A DNA stretch of 64,000 nucleotides from Chlorokybus atmophyticus (GCA_009103225.1 RHPI01003009.1:86091-150090); one strand, 5' to 3'; shown: positions 1 to 13,085, counted from the stretch's first letter. Numbers and translations are program-made. The notes: generated by a model not told the origin, from the sequence alone.

Positions 1-265
1 AACTCCCAAATAGCCTCGATTACCCCCCCCTCCCTACTTTGGCGATTATTATTGAATGTGTGAATTACATTACGACAGAAAGTGATAATTAATACGTAAT
101 TTTAAATTACGTTTTCAATTTCATTACCATGAGTAATATTTTTATTATATATACATATCATACTTGAAAAGGAAGATTGTTTCTAATCTGTAAAACATGT
201 GTTAAAGACTTTAACACATGAGTCATGCTTGTGCACGAGGGTGCGCATTGTGGGGCTACCGAGTG

Positions 266-550
266 CCGTATTTACCCGGTCAGAGCCCCCCGCTTTTAAC
301 ACAGCCCCCCAACTAATGAGGGGGGTATACTATTAGAGGGGGGCGCAGTATGGTACCAACAGTACCATACGACGGCCGCCATACGGTGTGTTGGCCTGTC
401 GTATAGTGTTTGGCCGGTTAAAGAGGCGCCGGGTAGGGGGCAAAGGGGGTTGTATACGAAAAGGGGGGGCTTTGCATGTAAACATAGCCCCCCTCTCCAA
501 AAACCAGGGGGGGTACACGATTAGAGGGGCTTCAAACCGGGTAAATACGG
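266..550. mobile_element. MITE, Tc1/mariner (Tc2/pogo-like) non-autonomous element
   Basis: 15-bp perfect terminal inverted repeats CCGTATTTACCCGGT (266-280) and ACCGGGTAAATACGG (536-550). Right flank is TA and left flank is TG (a mutated TA?). A subterminal direct repeat GGGGGTAYAC..ATTAGAGGGG occurs at 321-341 and 509-529. No coding capacity. Confidence 0.65.
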
Positions 551-829
551 TACCTGAACTACATGATGTATGAATGTATGAAGTATCAGGTCATTTCCCT
601 TCAGGCCGATGGATGCTATGGTCTTGATAAATTTTGGCTGGATGTGCATCGTCACGTGGCGTCCCACAATCGATGACTCACGCCTTGGTAGTCACGTCGC
701 GACAGCCGTGACGCCAACGAGCGTCACCCACCACGATGGGATGCGTGACGCATCGCTGCCAAAAATACACCAGGCAGCGTAACGCAGATGTATTTCAACT
801 GCTATGAGTACTTTGAGCAGCTGAAATCC

Positions 830-925
830 GACCGTTGCGCGTAACCAGAGAGACGCGCACTGCGGTTTAGCAGACTCACCCACGTGCGGGCAAGCTCACA
901 AGGGTTTCGCGCCTTCCCGTTTAAA
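830..925. promoter_or_regulatory. Putative cell-cycle elements upstream of cyclin B (MSA-like AACGG cores, E2F-like site)
   Basis: GACCGTTG at 830-837, CCCGTTT at 916-922 and TTTCGCGC at 905-912, just upstream of a GC-rich probable non-coding first exon (~960-1060). These are short motifs and chance matches are possible. Confidence 0.3.
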
Positions 926-1495
926 CTCTGGCGCAACGCTAGTTTGTATTATTTATTGGATAGCCGCCGCCGCCGCTACCGCCGCCGAGGACGACGCCGT
1001 CGACGACGAAGAGGACGGCGCCGTCGCAGCGTGTGAGGCCGGCGAGGGACAGCGTGCTTGAGGTGATCTTGACGTTGCGCGTCTGTCGCTGTCGTCTGTG
1101 TTAGCGTTGATTGCCCATGGCTTGTCTCTGCTACTGTGCATTGGCCTGGCTCAAGTGGGCTTCAGCTAGCCCTGATCAAGCTGTCGTGTGTTGATCAGCC
1201 GTGCGTTTCCTTGGTCAATGTTGGGATAGACGGTGCTGATGCACAATGCAGTAGATGCTAGCCATGCTGCATCATACAAGGTCAGCTGGTCTAATTGTCT
1301 GTCCACAAGAACAAGCACAAGTACAAGCAAACCCTACTTTGCTACTACTCCCTCTCCAACTGGGTGTATGTTGTTCAATGCGCTTTGTACAGGTGGCGTC
1401 AGCAAGGGTGTGGCACGCAGGGACTAAGCGGCACTGAGCCGCAGTCCTCTGTGTCGCCTTGAATACTACTAGAATACACCAACACAGCAGCCAAG

Positions 1496-3975
1496 ATGGC
1501 TTTCGCCCGGGTACGTTTGACTTGTTGATGTGTGTATGGTGACATCAACACATTGATAGGATCTGCCAGTTGAGGTTTTTGCCAACAAACTTGTACAATG
1601 CGCAGCCGCAGGCTGCACTGGATGAGAACAGGTTGGCCAAGCAGGCACTTGGCGACGCCAAAGGTCTGACAACAGTTGCATGTCTGATTGATCGCTACCT
1701 CCGTACCATAATGGGGTTCTTTTCTTGTCGTTCGTACCTTTCACTGCAGTTTGCACACTTCTTTGCACTCATGGTCTTTGCACACAACTCACAGGCTCTT
1801 CACGTGTGCCTTTGGGTGGCACTGGCCGCAGAGCTCTCGGCGATATCGGCAACACCATCGTCAGCCAAACCCAGCGCACAACCGTCTCTGCCAAGGATGG
1901 GTGTGTAGTTGTTCATGGCTACTACTACTGTTCGCTATATACAGATACACTTCAGTTAACTCACTTGTGCGTGTTCGCTCAGGGCATCAAAAGCTGTTGT
2001 ACTAGCAGAGCGCACGGTCGTCACCATGTAAGACCATCTCAACGACATGCCAGCAATGTGCATTGTTGATGTTGGGAAGTCATGTTGTTGTATGTGTTGT
2101 TGTGGCAGTGCTGGACCAGCGGCGGGCGGGCAGATTAAAGAGAGGGCGCGCCGAGCCGCAGCTCCCGCAGGCGCAGGGTAAGGTTGTGTGTACTCTAACT
2201 GACAGGTACAACTTGTTGTGTGCTCACCATATGCACATTGTGTGTGTATCTTGTTAATAGATGGGGTGTGACAAAACCTCGAAGCACGCGGAGTGGCGAT
2301 GCGCAGGTTGCAAGCGTGAGTCAGCAACACACCCGCACAGAGCATGATGCGATGGTGTTTGGCTCCGAGAAGAGCCAATCTGCTCATCTGCACGCCACCA
2401 GCCAGGTGTGTGTATATTTGTGTGTGTGGCACTCTGCTCAAGAACATGTTCATGTGTGATGTGGTATCTTTCAAGCGCTAGCACTGATGGTGTTACATAA
2501 CAGACTGCCCTGTATGGGGCCACTCCCATGCAAGAGGATGACATGTTTGGCGACCTGCCCGATATTGACGCAGCCGACAAGAATAACGAGCTGTGCTGCG
2601 TAGAGTACATCAATGACATTTTTGCCTATTACCGGCGTGTTGAGGTGAAACACTGGAACATGCATATGCACACACGTGCTAAGGCTCACACGCACATGCC
2701 TCAAGGCCCACACTTGCACTCACATGTATACAAAAACGCGCATCCACTGATTATGTAGCCATCACAACTCTGTGCAGCGTGAATTCTGTGCGCCATTCAC
2801 CTACATGGAGAACCAGCGTGACATCAACGAGAAGATGCGCGCCATCCTCATTGACTGGCTCGTAGAAGTCCACCTCAAGTTCAAGCTGATGCCCGAGACT
2901 CTTCACCTCACAAGCAATGTCATCGACCGCTATCTTGCCAACAAGCCCGTCACACGCAAGAACCTCCAAGTAACACACACGTTTAGTCGTCTCACTCGAT
3001 CACTGTATGTGTACACGCCTTACGCGTGGTCGTGCAGTTGGTTGGCGTGACAGCAATGCTCATCGCGTCCAAGTATGAGGAGATATGGGCACCTGAGATC
3101 AACGACTTCGTGTACATTTCCGACAAGGCATACACGCGGGAGGAGATCATCGCCATGGAGCGCCAGATGCTTAACACGCTTCATTTCAACCTCACTGTGC
3201 CCACCCAGTTTCCATTCGTGCAGCGCTTCATCAAAGCCGCTGGTGGCGACAAGCAGGTGTGACAACATTGCAGCGACAATGTAGATGTGTGGTGTGCTGA
3301 TACAGTCCGTACGTGTTTATGATGTGCAGCTGGGTCACTTAACTGCATACCTGGTTGAGCTCGCCATGTTGGACTACACGATGATCCGATATGTGCCTTC
3401 ACACTTGGCTGCAGCGGCTCTGTACACGGCCACGCGCGCCCTCAAGCACCCCATGCCTTGGGTACTTGGTCACTCTCTTGTCTTTCTGTTTTTGTGTTTG
3501 TGTGTGTGTAACGTGTGGCTTGTCTGATTTGCCTGTCATGGTGGCTTGCAGTTTCCTGTCCTGCAGCGCCACACGGGCTACTCGTATACGCAACTGAGGT
3601 AACAACCATCATGCAGCTGTAACTGTGAACACGCAGACTGTAAACAGGCATGACAACAACATGAACACCATGTTGTCGTTTCAGGCCTTGTTCTTCATTG
3701 CTGGCTGCTCTCTGGCGCCGGGCGCCCAAGGCAACATTGAAAGCGGTAGGTAGTGCAAAAAACTGACACATCAAAATGTTGTCTTACAACACTTGCGTTG
3801 GTGTTCACCAAGTCGACACACTCCACAGGTGCAAAAGAAGTACAGCTCCGTCAAGTACGGGGAGGTGGCTATGCTGGCTCCGCTGCAGGATTCGGCTTTG
3901 AGCGGCTGCGTGGAGGAGTGCATGCTGGAAGGGGACCTGTCGGGTTCTGCTTCAGACAACAGCAGCGCTGCTTAA
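1496..3975 (+). CDS. CYCB: B-type mitotic cyclin, multi-exon
   Basis: D-box RRALGDIGN (~1826-1852), cyclin box MRAILIDWLVEVHLKFKLMPETLHL, LVGVTAMLIASKYEEIWAPEINDFVYISDKAYT and KKYSSVKYGEVA exons with GT-AG introns. Start is inferred (MAFAR|PQAALDEN). Confidence 0.93.
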
Positions 3976-4816
3976 AAGTGGTTGTATGTAATTTTGGATC
4001 AACACGAGTGCTTCAAGTGGAGGAGGAGAAAGCATCAGAGGCCGTCACCTTTGTACATTACAGGCGTGTGCGTGTACAAAGCTTTGCGTGTGCGTACGTG
4101 TGTAAGTAGGGTTTGAAGGGAACGCTGAATTCATTCATGTTGGACAAGGTGAGGTTGTATTTATCATTGGGGAGAGAAAAGGATTGACAGGCCAGTTACA
4201 TGCTGTGCGTGCGTGCGTGCTTTGCGTGCACGCACAGCTTTGCTTTAAGCAGAAATGGTGGTTTATATCATTCTAGAATGTTGGTTTTAAATCGAGCTGC
4301 TGGCAACTTGATTCTGCGTGCTGAACTGATTGCCCAACATCAACAATTGCAATGCTGCACTACAAGCATAGCATGGAATGACCTTCATTTCATGCAGAGG
4401 ACCATCATTACGGTGCACCATTGTGAATCCCAAGTTGGATTCTCAACACACCGATGTACTTCAAAACGTCAGTCATCATGCTGGGTATCGGGCTAGAAGT
4501 GGCATAACCAGCAATAGCCAAGGCACTTACACAAGCGTTAATTGTATTTGCCGCTGGTTGTAGCGTTGCTCTGGTAAACTCTGTGCAACTTCACACGTAG
4601 CCAGCCACTGCCAAGCTGTATGATGCAAGCCTCAGGCAGTGACAATGTCTCAACAACTGCTTAATCATGTCATGACTCAGCAGCTATTGAACCGCACTGA
4701 GTAGTACCAACACGATCTAGATAGAGGATTCACATTACAGCAACACAACATGTATCCAGCTACCACTACTGACTATTTTGAAGATGCAGAGGGACCATCA
4801 ATGCCCTCTCTCAGCC

Positions 4817-7800
4817 TCAAAGCTGGGTCACCTGAATACGTGAACACTGTCAGCGCGAATGATGTTGTGACAACAGAGGACAACCACAAGAAAGCTGTAT
4901 GAGGCTTACTTTCACTGCACTGAAGACTGCCCTGTTTGATCGTGTGCTGTTACAGCCACTCCCACGCGGAACGTGTTGGCCAAGCTCACAGTGAACGTGT
5001 CCGAAAGGGTCCATGTTGCACCGTCGGCTGATACAAACGACTGGATTTGCGTGCCAACTTTGTCCAGGCGCAGGTACTGGGTTGGAAGATTGCTCACAGC
5101 AAGCCATTGGTAGTTGGTTTGTGCATTGGTGATAGTTCTCCAGTGAAAACCAACCCAGCCTTGGCCAGAAACCAGCAGCGACACTTCGTTCGAACCAGCC
5201 ACAAGAGAGTCCCGTAGCATCACACCGGCCTTTGCGTCTGCGAAGGCAGCAGACAGGCTGTGCAGCTGCGCCACAATACGCACATTGCCAGTGGCACTGG
5301 TGGAAGCGTAGTGCCCTCCGTCTGCTACATTCCAACTGCGAGATGCATACAAGCAACAGTGACAAAGCGCATGACACTGCAGTACAGAGTATGTGCGCGC
5401 ATGTGAGTGTGCGTGAGTATGCGCCATTACTTACAAGTCTGCACCGCTGCCGTACAGAGTGAGTGCGCCATTCGTGCCAAAGACAGCGCGACCTTGGACT
5501 CCCACAGTGCCAATATCAGCATTCGTCCAACCCGGCCATGGTTGTGAGGGCGCCACCATCTTGTACGTCGCTGTGTACGTGGCAGTGCTTCGCGGTGCCG
5601 TGATGGTGTGCACTTGCGGCTGACCCGAGCTCCAACCAACAAACACGTACTGTTGGCTATTGAGTGTTTGTGGCGAGGGCGCTATAACTGTGACAGGTGA
5701 GTTTGCAACCGCCAAGTGTGTGAATGGCGCCTTCAGAGTGTCTGATGCTGCAGTGAGGGTCAAGCCAGGAGGAGACGAATGCATGACCATGTGTGAGACA
5801 ATGGGATTGATGCGACGTGAAAAGGTCTTGCTGAGACCCGCGGGCGTGGTGACGGTCAAGATGAACTCCAGATAGCAGTAGTACTCGTGGTCTGGCGCTT
5901 TCATGGAGAAGGACAGACCGCTGTGGGGTGGTAGAGTGTGGAGATGGCAGGCATTCTTCAGCGTGCTGACGCAGTGATGCAGCAGCACCTGCCAGGATGC
6001 TTGTGAGCCAGCGGGTGCTATGCTGGCTTTGACGTTGATGGTGTCACCAACTGCCCAGGTCAAGCTCGCACTTGGCAGAACGATGTTGGCTGTGGGAATT
6101 TGGCTTGTGCTCGTCACCACTCGAATCGTCGTGAATGTTGTGCTGATGGCGCCATTGCCTCCCTTCACTTGCAGTCCAACCTTATAGGAGCCAGCTGAAG
6201 TGTACGTGTAAACAGGTGTGGCGGTCGTGGCGTCACCAAACTTGCCATCACCTGAAGGAGATGTGACCCACAATAAACAAACACAACAAGTACAAAAGGT
6301 GCAAACAGCGCACACGGGAAGTGAACGTCCTGACTTGCAATGAGAAACAAGCTGATTACCGTTCAGGTCCCAGGAGTAGCTAATGGGACTGGGTGCCACA
6401 GACTGCGAGCCAGAAAACTGAGCCACCAGCGGTGCTACTCCAGAGTTTGGTGAAGCTGTGACGACAGCGCTTGTGACGCCACTGCCAGGCCCAATGAGGC
6501 GAAATATTTGGGCATTGGAGAAGTCCGCAATCACCAGCGATCCATCTGGTGCCTGAGTGATGTCCACGACACCAACACCGTCGGCACACACTTGCATTTG
6601 GCTGGTGTCCGGTACACCACCTGAGCCAAGGGGCACTACCCAGATGCAACCAATGGCATAATCACCGAAGAACAGTGCCCCGTTGTAAGCTGTACCAAAT
6701 TTCGAGCCTGAGTAGAACTCCAGCGCAGTCACTGCGGCGCCATTTACTCCCGTTGCCCTCGAACACTTGCCATCAGCGTTGGGGGGACTGGTGTGCATGT
6801 ACGAGTAAAACGGTTCCGCGACAGCATCGGAGGAGTAGAGTTTGTTGCACAGGTTTAGGTTCAATCCCTGCAACAGCGAACAATCGCAATCACCTTCTCT
6901 CCAGATGTGTGTGCTCAACGCAACAACCAGGGCAAGCTTGTGAAGGAATGCTGCACTTTCAGTGATGATTGCTGACCTGAAAGGAGGGTTGAACAACAGG
7001 GCCTTCGTAACATGGCCACCCGAAATTGGGAACAGAGCTGGAGCCAGTGCGTTGTATGCGGTATATGCTCTCCCAATTCCACCAGCCTACATTTGCCCAG
7101 AAGACCTCGTTGGTGCCGGGTCGCACAGCGCCACGGAACGGATTGCGCAAGCCTTAGGCAAGAACGCGGCCTTTCTCCGTGCCACTGTACGCATAGCGTG
7201 CGTTAGTGCGTCCACGAGGTTGTGACCAATGCTGGGGTAGAACAAGTTGGCAACTGGTGACACACAGCAACCTCTTACCTGTTGAGGGCAGGGTTGCCAG
7301 CTGCAGCGTTGCCAGTCAGAGGGTCTAGCGACAGAATTGTGCCACTGTATGACACTTTCCACGGCGACTGCGAGGATGCAAAATGTTGGGAGCGCAAGGC
7401 ACCACCTTCGGCAGTTGGTGGCGACAAGGACACGCCTAAGAATGTGTATTGTAAGCTGCACTGGTGCAACGACAGGCAGCAGCTACCAAACATGTAAACA
7501 CTGTGACCAACCTGTAACACCTGGGGGATCACCACATGGGTTGCCAAACTGTCCATAATCAATGTCATTGAAGTTTGACCCTTCACCACCTGCAAAGAGC
7601 GGCATGCAGCAGTCACAACCTGCACCGCAAATCAAAAGTGACACTAACACTGACAAACTCACACCTGGTACCTGAGACTAGCAACCGCTCTTCCTCATCA
7701 AACAAGATGTCACCAAGACTGTGCGAAGTGTATGCCTGCACAGTAGTCGATGCGCAGACTGGTAAATGGTTCACGATTGTGCAGCACAGTGACACGAACG

Positions 7801-8391
7801 AACATCATACAGCTGTGGAGTACGGACCTGGCACCAGACGTTCTGCAGCACAATGACTTCGTTGCCAATAATGATGTTTGTTGGGGAGATCTCAAATCTG
7901 GACACGCGGCCATTAACCAAGCACTGGTCACTGTTGGGATTGCAAGGAAGGCCCGCAGTGTAGACAACAAACAGCAATATGTTGCCATTGGGCAGCGGAG
8001 TTGGTTTCACGCTGATACTTTCCAGACCTCGATCACCGTAGTCGTTGAGACCATGTGAACTAAGGTCCAGTAAAGTTTGCCCAGCACTGTTGTCGTCGAG
8101 GCTGCTCCAAACCCGCACAATTCCATCCTGCATTGAAGTTTCTTGTCAATGCCTGGTGAGAAAAGCAAGCATGCACACATTGCAGTAAGCTGCATAAGCA
8201 TGCAACGCATTGTGCACCTTTGAGCTGGCGAAGACTCGACCATCAGAAGAAAACCTCACGCTAGTAACAAGGTTGACGCCTTGCCAAGGGAGCAGCTTGA
8301 ATCCTGCTTGCACAGCAACTTGCGCATGACTAACAGCAATGCATGCTAGAGTTGCAGTGCATGCAAGCATGAGTAGTTGAAACGTGGCCAT
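4817..8391 (-). pseudogene. Secreted glucose/sorbosone dehydrogenase-like beta-propeller + PKD + lectin-like domain protein, copy 1, with one in-frame TAA
   Basis: Signal peptide MATFQLLMLACTATLACIAVSHAQ. Motifs GLRNPFRG, NFGWPCYEG, PKD SYSWDLNGDGKFGD and GSGAD-WNVADGGHY. Exon structure matches copy 2. TAA at 7154-7156 lies where copies 2 and 3 have TAC. Confidence 0.75.
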
Positions 8392-10703
8392 GCTTGGCAG
8401 CATGACAAGCTTCACACAATGACTTGATGACCGGCTGTGACTACAACCCCGCCCAGCAATATATACTGTCGCTGTTCCATAGAGAAGAGCATGTGCATGT
8501 GGTCACGGACAGATCCGACATGTCAAAAGACACTTGAGCGTTGGTCATAGAACTTTTCAACGAACAGGAAACGGTGCGACGCAGCAGGCACACTGGACAT
8601 GTCATGCACTCGACAATGTCGGACACGCAAACATTGGAGAAGCCCTGCACAGCTCATCGGACTCAGGAGATGTGACTGGCTGAGTGCAGGTAGCACGCTC
8701 TTGCACTGTTTGTATGTACTAGGTTGCACAAGTCAAGTGCGTGCTACCAACCAAAGCGCTGCACTCCTTGCCCTGAGCTTGACCCAGGCAAGGAGGGCTA
8801 CGAGGACAACCCACACAGCCAACGCATCTCGAAGACAGTTGCTTTGATGTGTTCGTGACAGCAACAACGACCTTGCACTGCACTGCACTGCACTTGGGTT
8901 TTCTCCGTTACCATTATGCCTGACTTACTGCTGCTGGACGGCAACTCGTGCGCAATGGCTACAGAGCGCTGTGGCATGCACTGATTACCATCCTGTTCAC
9001 AAACGACCAGCTAATAGACACGACAGAAGCACAACTACGACACACATGCTGCCTGCTTGCGCCGCATGCATTGGACAGCAGCTCCGCTCATCGGATCCAA
9101 GTGCACGTTGTAACCGTATATCTCGTGCAATTCCTCGACACACAACTGCGCTTGATTCGTTGCTACAACTGTGTTCAACAATGCATGCCTCTGCTGCTTA
9201 CCCACGAGAGCATCGCATCGTTGTCCGTACCTTCGGCTGGTGTGCTAAGGACAGCACAAGCAGCCTGGCCTGGCCTTCAGTCGCCCCACTGCTTGGCTCC
9301 CAGCAGACGACGCTTTCCGGGCACGACGCCGACTCATGTTGCTGCTGCACCAGCCTCACCTTGACAAGCGAAGAGCTCACCAACGACGCCACGAACACCG
9401 CCGCCCAAAGCGAGACGACACTGAGTGTGACACACTGCAGCTTGATGCTGTCACCAAGCACCGACTGTCGACGGTCTGCTGCTGCACGTACTGCGCCAAC
9501 CGTCGGCGCAATGCATGCTGCGTGAGCCTTGAGCAGCTGCTGACGCCGAGGGTGGCAGGCTGCTGGACAGCGCCTCAAGCAACAGCAACCACGATGGCAG
9601 CTTTGCCAATACCACATTACTATCACTAGCAGACTGATGGGTTGACAGGCTGTGCACAGCCTCAGACAGACTGCATGCACTCAAGCAGTGCCTTGCCAGC
9701 AGCTAACACCCTGGAACCCAGCTGTCCTCCCAAGTTGCTCCTCTGCAAAACCGGTATAACTTTCTCTTTCCTTTGGGCATTGTTTCAGCCAGCCCCCTAA
9801 AGTACAATGACAATGCGAGCCAGCAGCAGCAGCAGCAGCAGCAGCGGCTCGCGCAACCAACCGACATGCTTAACCATGCCAGCAAGCTGCTCGCACGGCC
9901 ATGCATGCTCTGGCACGTCAAAAGTAAGGCCAGCGTCCAGTCCACCGAATGAGTCCCACTTAGAGGCTGGCGGTGGTGGCGCTGGCATTCGGTTGGTGTG
10001 ATGGGTTTCAAGATCGCAGCCTTACCTGTGTGCTGCTCTCTGGGAAGCTGAAGAAGACACGTTCTGTGTGCCTGCCAACCAGCTGCGATGTGGTTCGCTT
10101 GGCTTGGTGTGGTCGGCCTGGTGGCGTCAGCCTTGTGGTCTGGTCTGCTCGGTTACTGGTCTGATTCAGGGCAGTAGTAGGCCCTGGTTGCGTTGATGCC
10201 ATGCAGTAACGATCACGATGAGTCGAATCTTCAACGGCTGTGTTGAGGCACAAGGCAGCTGTCTTCATGCATATGCGATCAGTGTGTATGCCACAGTGAG
10301 TTTGCCACACGTGTATGAATGCTATGCGTACCATCTTTGACAAGCATACAGGACCAGTCCATGCGGTGGAGGTGCCATACTGAACAGCGCATTGCAATCA
10401 GACTTTTGCTTTGAAGTGCTGCTGCACTCATCGCTTCCGCATGACGCGCTTCGAGTCATTGTCTGTCAGTATGTTGCAGTCAATAACACCACCACGGCCA
10501 TGATACGCACGCCAATTATACTTACAGACCACATGTCCGTGCCTGTGGAGCCGTTGCGTGAAGGTAACCAGCATCGCCGGGGTGCTTGCTGGATGAGTTT
10601 TGTTGATGGACACAGCAGATCTACACTCGTGGTTCACATGCAAGCAAACCTTCATCTGCAAGCGCAGAATTGCAAGCGTTGCTTACGCTAGTTGCTGCAC
10701 TTG

Positions 10704-10733
10704 TATGGCAACTATAGGCCTATAGTTGCCATA
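10704..10733. repeat. Perfect 30-bp palindrome
   Basis: TATGGCAACTATAGGCCTATAGTTGCCATA is its own reverse complement. Confidence 0.9.
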
Positions 10734-10964
10734 TAAAGCATGTTCAATGCTCATTAAACACGTTCACAAGCGGCATACAAGGCATGTACGATGGAAGCAA
10801 GTCTGACACGAACAGGAGAGCTTACTGGTTGTGTTGGCTAATAACAGAGCAGATATGCCTGCTGCAGGCATCCCTGAAGTAATGCATAGCACGTTCAGCT
10901 GCTGTATACTATAACTTGGTAGGTGTAACATTTGGAAGCGTTATTGAGAATTGTTATCGAGACA

Positions 10965-12944
10965 TCAAACAGCCTGCTTCCTACTCTTCAGCTCTGCCAA
11001 TACTTGCGGCATCTCAGCCTTGCCAACATGCACATCAGCTGCAAAGGGGAGTACGCACGTCAGTGTGCAGTGAGACAATTTGTGTTACCCTTATTGAACA
11101 TAAACAATGTAATTATATATGCAAAGTCACTCACGTTCGATGATGGGAGCTGAGCGGTCGTCAACAGCTTCCACATGCCTCAACTCGTGCATCTTGCTGG
11201 CCTCAACGAGCTCCCCAATAAGGGACTTTCGCAGTTCAGACCTCTTCACCGTCACGCCCTCTGCAAAACAAAGGTGAGGTTAACAATGCCTTTGTGTGCG
11301 TGTGTCCAGGCATGTGAATGCGAGCGTGTGCGCGTGGATGTGCGCGTGTGCGCGTGCATGCGCATGTGCGTGTGCGTGTGTTTGCCAGTGCGTGTGCTTG
11401 TGTGCGTGCCCCCGTGTCCGTGTACAAGTGCATACACATGGGTCTGTCTACACATGTGCACGCGCGCTCGCCCGCACACAGAGTTGTCTCTCGCACCATC
11501 CACTCCCAACCACCCCACATCCCTCAACACTCCTCTGCTCCTTTCTCCGTCTCTCTCACCTTCAATGACGGGGGCAGAGCGGTCCCCACTGCCATCTGCG
11601 ACATGCCTGAGGAGCGTCGAGGAGGGAGAGTCGCTGATGCTCTCCATCAGGGCGGCCACGGCGGCGGGGGCGGGCGGAGGTGAGGGCAGCAGAGGAGCGC
11701 TCTTGTCTGTGACCTGGTAGACGACAAGGTACTTGCTGTTATGTGAGATATAGATTACACCCATGCATACACGCACGCTGACTCTGACAGTAGTTTGTTT
11801 GACGCTTGCGTTTTACGCTGGAATTGCTAGAGTTGCTAGAGGTGGTGCAGCAATTTGGGTCTGTGTGTATCAAATGATTTGAAACACACAGAGTAAAACG
11901 CTGCAACAGTCCGCTTGTCAGCTGTCACATAGTTACGCATTCACGCATGCGTGCACAGCCTTGGACGGTAAGTTTGATCATGACGTGGTATTCCATTATG
12001 AGCAAGTTGGGGCTCATGTATTCCGACTTGTCTGTTGTGATACCTCAATGTGGCGTAGCGACGCGTTCCCGCCCTCGATCTCCTGCTTGAGGGCTTCCCT
12101 CTCACTCTTCTTCACCCTCACACCACCTGCACACACCAACACCATTCCTATCGTCATTTTCCTCTGCCCTGTTCCTTACCAAGCACTCATGTATTGCACC
12201 TATCTCTCACCTTCAATTATGGGTGCGGACTTGTCTCTGGTGGCGTCCTCAGCCACGTGACGCAATTGGTGTCCATTGGAGCCGACATTGGTCGTCTTGC
12301 TGGCGAGCTCGTGAAGAAGCAGTGCATGCACGCTCCCGTGCAGCTGAGCAGCTGAGAGAAGGCAACACAACGGTCAAGATTGGTATTGTGCTTGTTCGTG
12401 TACATGTTGCATGAACATGTGCGCCCGTGCAGGCAGGTGTGGGTGGGCAGGGGAGCGCAAGCACATGTGTGCTCGAACGAGTACATGTGTGCGTGCATGC
12501 ACGTGCGCGTGTGTCCGTAGATTTGGCTGTGCGTGCATGTGAGTGTGCGCTGAGAGGGTGATAACTTTACATCATGACAACAGTGTGCATCAATTGAGCA
12601 CCCTCGAGCATTGTGTAGTCACGCTCCCGCCTGTTGTGATTCGCAGGACATGAGTGCATTAGATTTCTATACTTGTGGTCAAGCCCAACGCCTGCTACAC
12701 TTAGGCGGGTTAAGTGAATCACAGCTATAGCCAACACTGATGTCGATCAGAACCCAAGAAAGCAGTTTTTGGTTTTTCTTTCACAACAAACCATAAGGGA
12801 ATGTACGCATTGACACAGTCCAAGCTGATGATGATGACCACTCTCACCCTCAATGACGGGTGCGCTACGATCAAGGCTCATCGCCCGCTTTAGCCTCACA
12901 CCTTTTTCCACCTCCTTTATCAGCTCCGCATGCGCCGCCGCCAT
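10965..12944 (-). CDS. Actobindin-like actin-monomer-binding protein with five WH2/beta-thymosin-type repeats, 224 aa
   Basis: Exons 12944-12848, 12351-12211, 12126-12044, 11713-11560, 11260-11135 and 11038-10965 splice in frame with GT-AG boundaries. Repeats: LKRAMSLDRSAPVIE, LRHVAEDATRDKSAPIIE, LRHIEVTDKSAPLL, LRHVADGSGDRSAPVIE, LRHVEAVDDRSAPIIE. C-terminus PDVHVGKAEMPQVLAELKSRKQAV. Confidence 0.85.
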
Positions 12945-13008
12945 TGCGGTTGTTACTACCTCCCACACCCTCTTTATTTCACCTGCATCACGAATGCAGA
13001 ACAGAGAA

Positions 13009-13085
13009 CGCACACACACACACACGCACACGCACACGCACACGCACACGCACACGCACACGCACACGCACACGCACACGCACAC
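13009..13085. repeat. (CA)n/(CACGCA)n microsatellite
   Basis: Direct reading of the sequence. Confidence 0.95.
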
